Shown one piece after another: positions 18,790-27,103 of a stretch of DNA of 32,000 nucleotides. The translations under genes and the position numbers were made by a program. The DNA is taken from the NCBI RefSeq assembly GCF_021378375.1, contig NZ_CP076228.1:1140001-1172000 (forward strand), written 5' to 3'. A model generated the notes under the pieces. That model searched no databases and was not told the DNA's origin. It worked only from the letters and a program-made list of their open reading frames with translations. The DNA is from Wolbachia endosymbiont of Drosophila innubila (lineage in GTDB: Bacteria > Pseudomonadota > Alphaproteobacteria > Rickettsiales > Anaplasmataceae). The stretch's first letter is position 1. Every line of letters starts with the position of its first letter.

Positions 18790-18790
18790 A

Positions 18791-19345
18791 TCACTCCTCT
18801 ATCTTTTCAATAACTACATTATGATTTGTATAAACACATATATCGCCAGCTATCTTCATAGCCTTTTTCGCAATTTCCTCTATTGATATTCCTTTAATGT
18901 CAATTAAAGCTCTTGCTGCAGATAGAGCAAAATTTCCCCCAGAGCCAATAGCTGCGACTCCATCTTCAGGTTCAAGAACATCACCTGTTCCCGTAATTAC
19001 TAATGAAATAGATTTATCTGCAACGATCATCATAGCTTCTAATTTCCTCAGATATTTATCCATTCTCCAGTCTTTTGCAAGTTCAACACATGCTCTCATT
19101 AATTGCCCTGGGTGCTTGTCAAGTTTAGATTCTAATCTTTCAAAAAGAGTAAATGCGTCGGCTGTTGCCCCGGCAAATCCAGCAATTACGGAATCACCAG
19201 AAAGACGCCTAACTTTTTTTGCTCCAGATTTTATAACAGTGTGGCCCAGTGAAACTTGTCCGTCACCTATTACTACTACACTTTTATCTTTTCTAATTGA
19301 TAATATAGTAGTGCCATACATTTTATTGTTATCGTGTTGAATCAT
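18791..19345 (-). CDS. hslV: ATP-dependent protease peptidase subunit HslV
   Basis: Catalytic Thr region [24 protein letters not shown]; 184 aa; directly upstream of hslU. Confidence 0.95.
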   Translation of the reverse strand: MIQHDNNKMYGTTILSIRKDKSVVVIGDGQVSLGHTVIKSGAKKVRRLSGDSVIAGFAGATADAFTLFERLESKLDKHPGQLMRACVELAKDWRMDKYLRKLEAMMIVADKSISLVITGTGDVLEPEDGVAAIGSGGNFALSAARALIDIKGISIEEIAKKAMKIAGDICVYTNHNVVIEKIEE

Positions 19346-19460
19346 TTTTCTATCACTTTAAATAAGAATCTCATTATACTTTAATCTTTAGTCAAATTTA
19401 CTAAATACGTTCAACTATAGCTTATAATATAATACCTTCCTTATAACATTTAAAGTGCAG

Positions 19461-20621
19461 ATGCAAAACATAATTCACCCAGATTTGGAAAAAAGTATAA
19501 ATAATTGGTTCGAAGCAAAATTTAATGGCCTTACATCGCCATTTTATAGCTCTATAGATCTTAGAAACTCTGGCTATAAAATCGTTCCAGTAGACGCTAA
19601 TTTATTTCCTGCGGGGTTCAATAACTTAAGTGAAGAATCAAGAACGATGGCAGCAAGATTGATAAAAAGCTATTTTAAAAGACATCAATACAAAAAGGTT
19701 CTTATAATACCGGAAAATTATACACGCAATAAAATGTATATAGAAAACGTATTTGTTATAGAGAAAATACTACAACTCGCAGGTTTTGAGACTAGAATTG
19801 GCCTTTTATATAATGAAGTATACAATTTAATAGAACAGTATGAAACTGTTGTGAAAGAAAACTCTCTGCTAAAGACAACTTCAGGATTTGTGCCTGATGT
19901 TATTATACTGAACCGTGATATGACGAGCCACATTCCAGACACGCTGAAAGACGTAAAGCAAGATATAGTACCAAGCCCACTATACGGTTGGCATAGCAGG
20001 CAGAAATTTAAGTATTTTGAAATCTATCAAGAATTAGCATCTGAGTTTTGTGGCAAATTTAAAATAGACCCATGGCTAATTTCTGTGCTTACAGAGAGCT
20101 GTGATGGAGTTGATTTTGATGATGATTTGTCACTAGGAGCAGTAGCAACTAAAGTTGACCAAATATTATCTCTAGTGCAAAAAAAATACGAAGAATATAA
20201 AATAAAAACACAACCTTACGTTTTTATCAAAGCAAGCAATGGCACATATGGGATGGGCATTATAACAGCAACAAGTGGAGAGGAAATATTAAACCTCAAT
20301 AAAAAAAAGCGTCATAAAATGAAAAAGATAAAAGAAGGAATAGCAATCAATAGCGTTATTATACAAGAAGGTGTACCAACCATTGACATGTTTAAAAGCA
20401 GTTCTGCAGAACCGCTAATATACTATATAGGAGATACTTCAACATGTTACTTATACCGATGTAATAGCAGAAAAGATGTATATTCTAGCTTGAATGCCAC
20501 TGACTGTGAGTTTCATGATGTTAGCCAGGTTGTAGAAGGTAAAATTCTATCACTTTGGAGTATTGTTAGCAAATTAGCAGTACTAGCGTTGGCAGTAGAA
20601 ATAAAATCTTTTCATCCCTAA
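19461..20621 (+). CDS. gshA: Glutamate--cysteine ligase, GshA (PF08886-like) type
   Basis: SPFYSSIDLRNSGYKIVPVDANLFPAGFNNL and YVFIKASNGTYGMGIITA...VIIQEGVPT resemble the small proteobacterial GshA family as I remember it; this was not verified by search. ATG 19461 is preferred over GTG 19455. Confidence 0.6.
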   Translation: MQNIIHPDLEKSINNWFEAKFNGLTSPFYSSIDLRNSGYKIVPVDANLFPAGFNNLSEESRTMAARLIKSYFKRHQYKKVLIIPENYTRNKMYIENVFVIEKILQLAGFETRIGLLYNEVYNLIEQYETVVKENSLLKTTSGFVPDVIILNRDMTSHIPDTLKDVKQDIVPSPLYGWHSRQKFKYFEIYQELASEFCGKFKIDPWLISVLTESCDGVDFDDDLSLGAVATKVDQILSLVQKKYEEYKIKTQPYVFIKASNGTYGMGIITATSGEEILNLNKKKRHKMKKIKEGIAINSVIIQEGVPTIDMFKSSSAEPLIYYIGDTSTCYLYRCNSRKDVYSSLNATDCEFHDVSQVVEGKILSLWSIVSKLAVLALAVEIKSFHP

Positions 20622-20624
20622 TTC

Positions 20625-21422
20625 TTATACCTCTACAGTGCTGTCATTAGAATGACCGTTTATATTATGAACATCATCAAGTTCAGTGGAAGGATCATCA
20701 TTGACAGGTTGATTAAACAACTTATCAAGTTGAACTGCAAGAAATACTGCACTATATATTATGCTGACTGTTATGCTTAAGTTGAAATTATAGATTATAC
20801 CACCACCCAAGTTTATTGGTATAGTTGGAGTTTCTATCCTTCTTAATATGAAGTTTAATAAACCTAACGACAAAGTTAATGTGCTGATAATAAGGTTCTT
20901 CTTACACTTAGCAGACTTTTCAGGATCCTTATTATCCAGATATTTCTTGCATGTATAATAATAGCTTATAGGTTCTGAAATGAACAAAAATAGGATCGTT
21001 GATGTTGAACTAATATAACTTGTTACATCTGCATTACCTCTAGCCAAAAAATGGATGACTTTCAACATCATCAATGCTTCTATGGTGCTGCTTGCAAGAT
21101 TAGCCGATTTACCCACAATTTTTGCCAGCTCTTTTTTACTCTCAGGGTTTCTGTAATCCTTAATTAGATCCTGTAGAGTAAATGCAGAATGGGCAATGTA
21201 TAGAATAGATGTCGGAAACTTTACTAGTCGAGCAACATTCCGTATAAGAAAGATATTGGATCTATTATTGTCAATGAACTCGCAGCAAAATTGCAGTGAA
21301 ATCTTACACAATAGGGCTGTTAAACCTGTTGTGATGCAGATTACCTTCCTGAAATCATGATCATAAATATCATGCACCCTTTGTGCGAGTATGTTAGATT
21401 TCTTTTTTAGCTTGTTTGGCAT
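20625..21422 (-). CDS. Hypothetical polytopic membrane protein
   Basis: 265-aa ORF with several hydrophobic segments (LIISTLTLSLGLLNFIL, IIYNFNLSITVSIIYSAVFLAVQL) and an acidic C-terminal tail. It lies downstream of hemH on the same strand; no family is recognised. Confidence 0.6.
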   Translation of the reverse strand: MPNKLKKKSNILAQRVHDIYDHDFRKVICITTGLTALLCKISLQFCCEFIDNNRSNIFLIRNVARLVKFPTSILYIAHSAFTLQDLIKDYRNPESKKELAKIVGKSANLASSTIEALMMLKVIHFLARGNADVTSYISSTSTILFLFISEPISYYYTCKKYLDNKDPEKSAKCKKNLIISTLTLSLGLLNFILRRIETPTIPINLGGGIIYNFNLSITVSIIYSAVFLAVQLDKLFNQPVNDDPSTELDDVHNINGHSNDSTVEV

Positions 21423-21492
21423 GAAATAATTAATAACTTCCTGTTATTCTGTCACATAAAATCCTAAAAGAAAAGCCCTATGAATCAGGACT

Positions 21493-22440
21493 TTAAGGGA
21501 GATTTATGCACAAATCGGCTAAGCATTTTATAAACAAGGGATCGGTACTGAGAGTTGGCACACGAAAGTAATATCCATCCTTGATAATTGCTTTATATTC
21601 TATATCAAGTTCAACTAGAGTTTCTGAATGCTCAGAAACAAAAGATATAGGTGATAGAACTACAGGTACACCATCAGCTTTTGCGCGTAATAGCTCACTT
21701 TCAGTGCTTGGCTCTAGCCATTTTACAGGACCAATCTTACTCTGATAACATATTGACCAATCTAAGTTATTGATAGCTAACTTTTCTACTATTAACTCTA
21801 CGCTTCTTTCTACCTGTGAAGCGTAAGGGTCGCCCTTTTTAATGATACTAAGAGGTAAGCTATGGGCTGAAAATAGGACTCTTGGTTTACCGATTTTTCT
21901 AGCCAATTTATAGTACTTAGCTATCAGATTAGTGTGAGCTTCAATAAAATCTTGGTTATCATAATAACGGTGAATCATTTTTGTATTGCATTTTAGGCCA
22001 TACCGTTTAGCATTTTTTTGCCAATTCTCGATGGATGACAGAGTTGTGGTAGTTGAATATTGTGGATACAGTGGCAGCAGAATTACTTCGTCAGGATCAA
22101 ACTGTTTTACACTTTCAATAACTTCGTCAGCAAATGGACGCCAATAGCGCATGCAGATGAATACCTTGTGTACATGGTTTCTATTTTCGTTTAATTTTAG
22201 TTCTGAAGCATTAGCTTGCATTTTTGTATTCTCTAGAATTGGCGATTTACCTCCAATTTCCTCGTATATTTTTCGTGCAGTATTTTCTCGTTTCGCAGAT
22301 ATAAACTTTGCTAAAAGAAACCGAAAGGGATTCGGTAGATTGATTATTCTCCTGTCATAAAAAAGGTTGAATAAAAAAGGACGGACCGCATTTAGTGAAT
22401 CAGGCCCGCCAAGATTAAATAAGATAACTGCCTTTTTCAC
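21493..22440 (-). CDS. hemH: Ferrochelatase
   Basis: [35 protein letters not shown] and [13 protein letters not shown] are ferrochelatase hallmarks. Confidence 0.92.
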   Translation of the reverse strand: MKKAVILFNLGGPDSLNAVRPFLFNLFYDRRIINLPNPFRFLLAKFISAKRENTARKIYEEIGGKSPILENTKMQANASELKLNENRNHVHKVFICMRYWRPFADEVIESVKQFDPDEVILLPLYPQYSTTTTLSSIENWQKNAKRYGLKCNTKMIHRYYDNQDFIEAHTNLIAKYYKLARKIGKPRVLFSAHSLPLSIIKKGDPYASQVERSVELIVEKLAINNLDWSICYQSKIGPVKWLEPSTESELLRAKADGVPVVLSPISFVSEHSETLVELDIEYKAIIKDGYYFRVPTLSTDPLFIKCLADLCINLP

Positions 22441-23262
22441 CTACGCACTACTACAACAAGTTACTTCTGGGGTGCCTATAAAATTAGCTACACACTCATC
22501 AAATTTAGTTATAGGCACTAAATTTCTTACACTGGCATACAATAAGTGGCCTGATCTCTTCAGGTTACTCTTGGTGGATGTGAAGTTCCAATCGAAAAAT
22601 GTATCGACAAAAAGACTTGGTACCGTTTCAAGAAGTTCAACAGCAGCTAAAGATAGCATTATACAACTTTGCAGGACATTCAGAAGAACCTTGAGGGGAA
22701 AAAGTAAAACTTTAACGAAAAGAGAGGTGCTACTTGTTTCATCCAGTAGTCGCCCTGAGTTAGGCGAATTATACTCGGTGTGTTTTCTATTTTGATCAAA
22801 GATAGGAAATTTTATAGTATCTTTCTTAAATTCCGCGTCTATTTCTTTTCTACTATGGTTAGTGATTTTTTCCATTAACTTCTCACGCAGATGAAAAGTT
22901 CTGACAATAAAACATGTGGCAATCATTAAGGAAGCACATAAAAGTGCGCATTGCATGAGGCTCATACTGCCTAGCATAGCTGGCAGTGCAAAACAAACAA
23001 GCGGTGCTATGATTGTCATTTCAAGAAATGGAATAGTGTTTCTTTTCATTGCAAAGGCAGCACCTTCTTTTAATTTTGTATTATGATGTGAACTATATTC
23101 CAAATAACTTAAAAATGCCAGACTAAAAGTCAAAAACCCTTTTGTTCCACAAAAAAGTGATGACTTAAAGTTACTTACTAATTTTTTAGTAGTAGATTTA
23201 GCTTGTTTTTTAGTGGTAGGCTCAGCTTGTTTAGTAGTGTTATTTTTACAACATTCACCCAT
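22441..23262 (-). CDS. Hypothetical membrane protein with Cys-rich termini (MGECC... ...TCCSSA)
   Basis: A perfect AAGGAGG Shine-Dalgarno lies 6 nt upstream of ATG 23262. A roughly 39-aa bilobed hydrophobic block is present (MTIIAPLVCFALPAMLGSMSLMQCALLCASLMIATCFIV). The stop abuts the hemH start with no spacer. Confidence 0.7.
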   Translation of the reverse strand: MGECCKNNTTKQAEPTTKKQAKSTTKKLVSNFKSSLFCGTKGFLTFSLAFLSYLEYSSHHNTKLKEGAAFAMKRNTIPFLEMTIIAPLVCFALPAMLGSMSLMQCALLCASLMIATCFIVRTFHLREKLMEKITNHSRKEIDAEFKKDTIKFPIFDQNRKHTEYNSPNSGRLLDETSSTSLFVKVLLFPLKVLLNVLQSCIMLSLAAVELLETVPSLFVDTFFDWNFTSTKSNLKRSGHLLYASVRNLVPITKFDECVANFIGTPEVTCCSSA

Positions 23263-23375
23263 ACAATACCTCCTTGATGGTTTATTCTTAACTATAAATA
23301 AAAAACTGCTTTTATCAAATCAAAATTTACAATAAAATAAATCTATAAATATACTATTTTATATAAGGAAATAAT

Positions 23376-23795
23376 ATGGCAATTGAGAGAACACTTTCGA
23401 TATTAAAACCTGATGCAGTAAAAAATAATATTACAGGCAATATAAATTCCTACATCGAACAATCTGGGCTGAAAATCACAGCACAAAAAATGATGTTACT
23501 AACAAAAAAACAAGCAGAGCTGTTTTATGAAATTCATAAAGATAGGCCTTTTTTTGGGGAATTAGTAGAGTTTATGACCTCTGGTTCTGTGGTAGTTCAA
23601 GTTTTAGTTGGTGAAAATGCAGTAAGTAAATACAGACAAATCATGGGAGCTACCGATCCAAAGCAGGCAGATAAAGGCACAATCAGGGGTGATTTTGCTG
23701 ATGATATTAGTGAAAATAGAGTTCACGGCTCAGATAGTCTAGAAAATGCTCGTAAGGAGATAGCTTTCTTTTTTGCTGAATGTGAGTTGGTGTAG
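23376..23795 (+). CDS. ndk: Nucleoside diphosphate kinase
   Basis: [12 protein letters not shown] and the active-site NRVHGSDS; 139 aa. Confidence 0.95.
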   Translation: MAIERTLSILKPDAVKNNITGNINSYIEQSGLKITAQKMMLLTKKQAELFYEIHKDRPFFGELVEFMTSGSVVVQVLVGENAVSKYRQIMGATDPKQADKGTIRGDFADDISENRVHGSDSLENARKEIAFFFAECELV

Positions 23796-23851
23796 TCAAC
23801 TCAGATTGGCGTCATCCAAGTAGCTGACAACATAGAAACGAAAAAACTTCC

Positions 23852-23880
23852 TTGACAAACCTCGCCAGCCCTCTTATCAT
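23852..23880 (+). promoter_or_regulatory. Candidate sigma-70-type promoter with no downstream CDS
   Basis: TTGACA (23852-23857), an exactly 17-nt GC-rich spacer, then TATCAT (23875-23880). The next credible same-strand gene (recR) is 1.35 kb away. Confidence 0.35.
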
Positions 23881-24032
23881 GAGACTGAAGCTATTGTATT
23901 TGCTTTCGCCAATCTGCAGATTAAAAGGTAAGGATTACTTAATGTATCGGCGTCTTATGTTCAATTTTTTGCAGTATATAGATACTGTATGTCTTTACAA
24001 AACTTCATCTACATCTAGATTTTTATCTAAAT

Positions 24033-24325
24033 AAGCTGAACGCGCTTATAAAGCGTTACAAGACATCAAAAAATGCCAATACTCGACAGAGATAGTAAAA
24101 GACTAGCTAACTCGGGGATTCTTTGTCTTTTTTTCTGCTTAGTAAATTTCTTAAACATTTGCAGCGTAAGTTAGTTGCAATTAAAAGCGGCTGAATCTCG
24201 CTTGTCAAGCGTTTAAAACATAAAAAACGCCAATATTTTAAAGCGGATAATAACCCCAGGGCTTCTTTTGCCTTTTTTTTCATTTGGTAAATTTCTTAAT
24301 ATTTATAGCTAAAGTAATTTAAAAG
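24033..24325. repeat. Two-copy tandem repeat (about 151 + 142 bp), diverged
   Basis: Unit 1 (24033-24183) and unit 2 (24184-24325) share the blocks AAGC..CTGAA..CGCTT..AAGCGTT, ACAT(C)AAAAAA(T/C)GCCAATA, G(G/C)TTCTTTTG(C)CTTTTTTT and GTAAATTTCTTAA. They are roughly 70 percent identical by eye. Confidence 0.7.
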
Positions 24326-24334
24326 TCCGTGAAG

Positions 24335-24484
24335 GGTGTCATGCCAGTGCTTGACACTGGCATCCAGTTTTCCATATAATCTCATCAAAAATGTTTATTT
24401 TCTAGCTACTTTTATACTTATCAATCCAGTATGCTTACTTACAATTAAAATTTCTGGATCCCAGTGTCTGGGCACTGGGATGAC
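24335..24484. repeat. Palindromic repeat element, intact intergenic copy
   Basis: Core GGTGTCATGCCAGTGCTTGACACTGGCATCCAG is at 24335-24367. The AT-rich spacer's reverse complement matches the priA-copy spacer (aaaataaacatttgtaatgaggttatat). Core CTGGATCCCAGTGTCTGGGCACTGGGATGAC is at 24454-24484. Confidence 0.85.
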
Positions 24485-24506
24485 AGCTAGCCTGACAACC
24501 GTCATC

Positions 24507-24553
24507 CCGCTACGTGTTAGCGGCTAAGAGATACCGCGAATGAATCGCGGTAT
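24507..24553. repeat. Two GC-rich perfect hairpins
   Basis: CCGCTA-cgtgt-TAGCGG (24507-24523) and ATACCGCGA-atgaa-TCGCGGTAT (24531-24553), flanked by recurring ..GTATGACG.. strings. Confidence 0.6.
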
Positions 24554-24637
24554 GACGGTTCGCGGCAGTATGACGTAGAGCTCACGTTAGCTATACTTTT
24601 ATGCTTACAAACTTAATAAAATTCCTGGATCCCAGTG

Positions 24638-24964
24638 GGCTTTGTTGCATCGCTACTTATGAAAGGCTAACTATAATTAGGATTATAAGCAACTTATTGA
24701 AAATCTTGTTTTTTTTGCAATCAATCTGATCAAATTTAAGAATAGTAACTTGTTATTTATATTAATAAATTTAATTCTATTGAAAATAGCTAAAGCATTG
24801 AAATTCTTGAATTTTAGCCGAATTAGTGAGTGGTAGTGAAATTTCTTTTACTCAAAATTAGGTATTCACTGACCGTTCTTGTTATAAATACCAGAATAAT
24901 AAGCTACTGATATTCTCCACCTTTTTTATCTTTAATCCATCATAGCTAGCGATGCAACAAAGCC
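24638..24964. mobile_element. 327-bp MITE with IS903-like (IS5-family) terminal inverted repeats
   Basis: Perfect 18-bp TIRs: GGCTTTGTTGCATCGCTA at 24638-24655 and its reverse complement at 24947-24964. A 9-bp direct duplication ATCCCAGTG flanks it (24629-24637 and 24965-24973). The interior is AT-rich with no ORF. Confidence 0.85.
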
Positions 24965-25046
24965 ATCCCAGTGTCTGGGCACTGGGATGACAAAAAAGGA
25001 GGCACTAGGATGACAAAGGAGAGCTACTCGGATGATACCTTTTTTC
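24965..25046. repeat. Right half of the interrupted palindromic core plus a 3 x 22-25 bp direct-repeat array
   Basis: ATCCCAGTGTCTGGGCACTGGGATGAC is followed by the units GGGCACTGGGATGACAAAAAAGGAG / GCACTAGGATGACAAAGGAGAG / CTACTCGGATGATACC. Confidence 0.8.
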
Positions 25047-25228
25047 TACTTAGTTTGGATTATGCAAGAAGTCTATTATAATCAGGCTTTAAGTGTGCGG
25101 AAGTAATTTTTTGCGTTAGAGTAAAAAATTTTTTCTATAGCTAATCAAAGTGGGATCAAGAGAAACTTACCACTTTCTTTACAAAGGGTTTGATGTTACC
25201 ATTTGACTGCCTATTCTGAATTTATTGA

Positions 25229-25822
25229 ATGAACGTTAACATAAAGAATCTAGTTCATGCTTTCTCTAAATTGCCAAGTTTAGGGCCATCATCATCACGC
25301 AGGTTAGTTATACATTTACTCCAAAACAAAGAAAAAGTTATGCTACCACTTGCATCTTTGATTAAAGAGCTAGCAGATCTTATAATAGAGTGTGAAGTTT
25401 GCGGAAATCTAGATACTAAGTCACCTTGTTCTATTTGTACTAACCCAAAACGTGACACTAAGTTACTGTGTGTAGTAGAAGAATTAGGTGATCTATGGGC
25501 GTTTGAAAAAGGAAATATATATTCAGGTTTATACCATGTTTTGGGTGGCAGATTGTCTGCAATAAATGGCATAGGTCCAAAAGAACTCAACCTTGACACT
25601 ATTCTGAAAAGAGTGACAGAGTCTAAAATTGAAGAGATAATTATCGCAATTAATCCGACATTAGAGGGCCAAGTTACTGCACAATATATAATTGAATTGC
25701 TAAAAAATTTGGATGTGAAAATATCACGCCTTGCTTGCGGCATACCAATGGGCGGAGAAATTGACTATCTTGATGAAGGAACGCTGAGGATAGCACTTAC
25801 TTCAAGACAAGAATATGAGTAA
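25229..25822 (+). CDS. recR: Recombination protein RecR
   Basis: HhH region [17 protein letters not shown], zinc finger [16 protein letters not shown], and a Toprim segment [14 protein letters not shown]. Confidence 0.95.
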
Positions 25823-25837
25823 AATATAAAATAAGAC

Positions 25838-27058
25838 ATGTGCTTAAAAAAACTTATATCGCTAATAACATTCAAAAAGAAAAAAATAGTGCCACCACTT
25901 AAAGTGGTGGCTTGGGAAAATAACCACCTAAACTATAAGCAATTTTCAGGTAAATTCAACACTATAATTAAAACAATTGATCAGTCTTTTACAATAATAT
26001 CTTTGGAAGGATATGATGGATGGGGCAAGACGTTTTTTTTGAAAGAATGGGTAAAAGAGTTAAAACAGCAAAATGAAATTGCAGCTTATTATAGTGCATG
26101 GGATATCAATGCATTGGACCAACCACTGCCTTCTTTTTTAAATTTCCTATTTGAAGATTTATTTGTATCGTATAAAGTAAAAAGAAGTGTTATACAACAG
26201 TTCAAGAACATAAACCAAGAGCTATTTTCTCTAAACACACTAGGAAAGCTGATCAGTAAATCTCCACTTGCTATGCTTTCAGTATTTCTTGATGCTGCAA
26301 AAGAGGCTGATAAAAAAGACATAGGTTTTGTCTTGAGTGAATTAAGTCTTCTCCAAAGAAGAAAAGAGAGTACTAGAGATTTTAAAACACAGTTAGCGGA
26401 TGTGGTTAATAAAATCAGAAAAGACAAAAACATTTATATAATGGTGGATAATCTTGATGTGTGCCGTCCTAAATTCGTTGTCGATTTTTTGGAATCTATA
26501 AAGTATATGCTTGATGTGGAGGGGCTGGTTTTCATTATTTCTGTAAGTAAAGATAAGAGTAATGTACAAAGAGCAATCAGCACAATACTTGGACCAAATT
26601 TTGACCTAAAATCTTTTACTGATCTCTCTTTACATTTGCCAAAACAACCGATAGAAAAATTTACAAAAGAACTATTTGAAAATATTAAATTACCGAAAAA
26701 GTCAAAAAATTTGATTGTAGATAGTTTTATATTTTATGCAGAAAGCCTGTCACTATCGTTAAAAACAATAGAATACTGCGTAAAAAAAATAAAGCTGTGT
26801 CTTCTGAATCACACAAGAGAAGAATTACCTGATCCGAATTTGTTTTCATTTTTGGTAATACTGCAATCGATAAATATTGATATATATGAGGAATTAGGTT
26901 TTTCATATCAAAGAGCATTGGAAAAAATTGAAAATGAATATAAATCTTTAGTTCTAAATGGTCAAGAAGAATGGGAAAAACTTAAAACCTCTCTAGAAAC
27001 TGCTTTTGCAGAGAGGGAGTCAAAAATTAACAAAGCTATAAAGGATATACTATTTTGA
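25838..27058 (+). CDS. KAP-family P-loop NTPase (compact, no obvious TM insert)
   Basis: Walker A context ISLEGYDGWGKTFFLKEW, the KAP-typical YYSAWD after it, and Walker B IYIMVDNLDVCRPKFVVDFLESIKYMLDVEGLVFIISVSKD. Confidence 0.65.
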   Translation: MCLKKLISLITFKKKKIVPPLKVVAWENNHLNYKQFSGKFNTIIKTIDQSFTIISLEGYDGWGKTFFLKEWVKELKQQNEIAAYYSAWDINALDQPLPSFLNFLFEDLFVSYKVKRSVIQQFKNINQELFSLNTLGKLISKSPLAMLSVFLDAAKEADKKDIGFVLSELSLLQRRKESTRDFKTQLADVVNKIRKDKNIYIMVDNLDVCRPKFVVDFLESIKYMLDVEGLVFIISVSKDKSNVQRAISTILGPNFDLKSFTDLSLHLPKQPIEKFTKELFENIKLPKKSKNLIVDSFIFYAESLSLSLKTIEYCVKKIKLCLLNHTREELPDPNLFSFLVILQSINIDIYEELGFSYQRALEKIENEYKSLVLNGQEEWEKLKTSLETAFAERESKINKAIKDILF

Positions 27059-27063
27059 AAAGA

Positions 27064-27095
27064 TACCCTACCTTTACATATACAAAGATAGGGTA
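27064..27095. terminator. Candidate bidirectional hairpin between convergent genes
   Basis: TACCCTACCTTT-acatatac-AAAGATAGGGTA forms a 12-bp stem with one mismatch, between the KAP stop (27058) and the stop of the minus-strand ORF (27104). There is no clean U-tract on either side. Confidence 0.35.
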
Positions 27096-27103
27096 ACATT
27101 TGA

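Noticed and set aside
20625-23262. Possibility that the two membrane proteins flanking hemH are paralogs or a haem-export system
   Set aside because: I see no sequence similarity between them by eye and no transporter motifs. Only the upstream one is tightly coupled to hemH, and it is reported separately as a low-confidence idea.
23852-24034. 60-aa ORF MTNLASPLIMRLK...
   Set aside because: It has a TTG start with no Shine-Dalgarno, a junk-like sequence, and overlaps the candidate promoter. I treat the region as non-coding.
23796-25228. Search for a known structured RNA (two-piece tmRNA, RNase P RNA, SRP RNA, extra tRNA) in the long ndk-recR spacer
   Set aside because: I found no T-arm (GTTCRANYC with flanking stem), no tag-peptide reading frame ending in ..LAA-stop, and no other recognisable conserved core. 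Repeats and a MITE account for most of the length.
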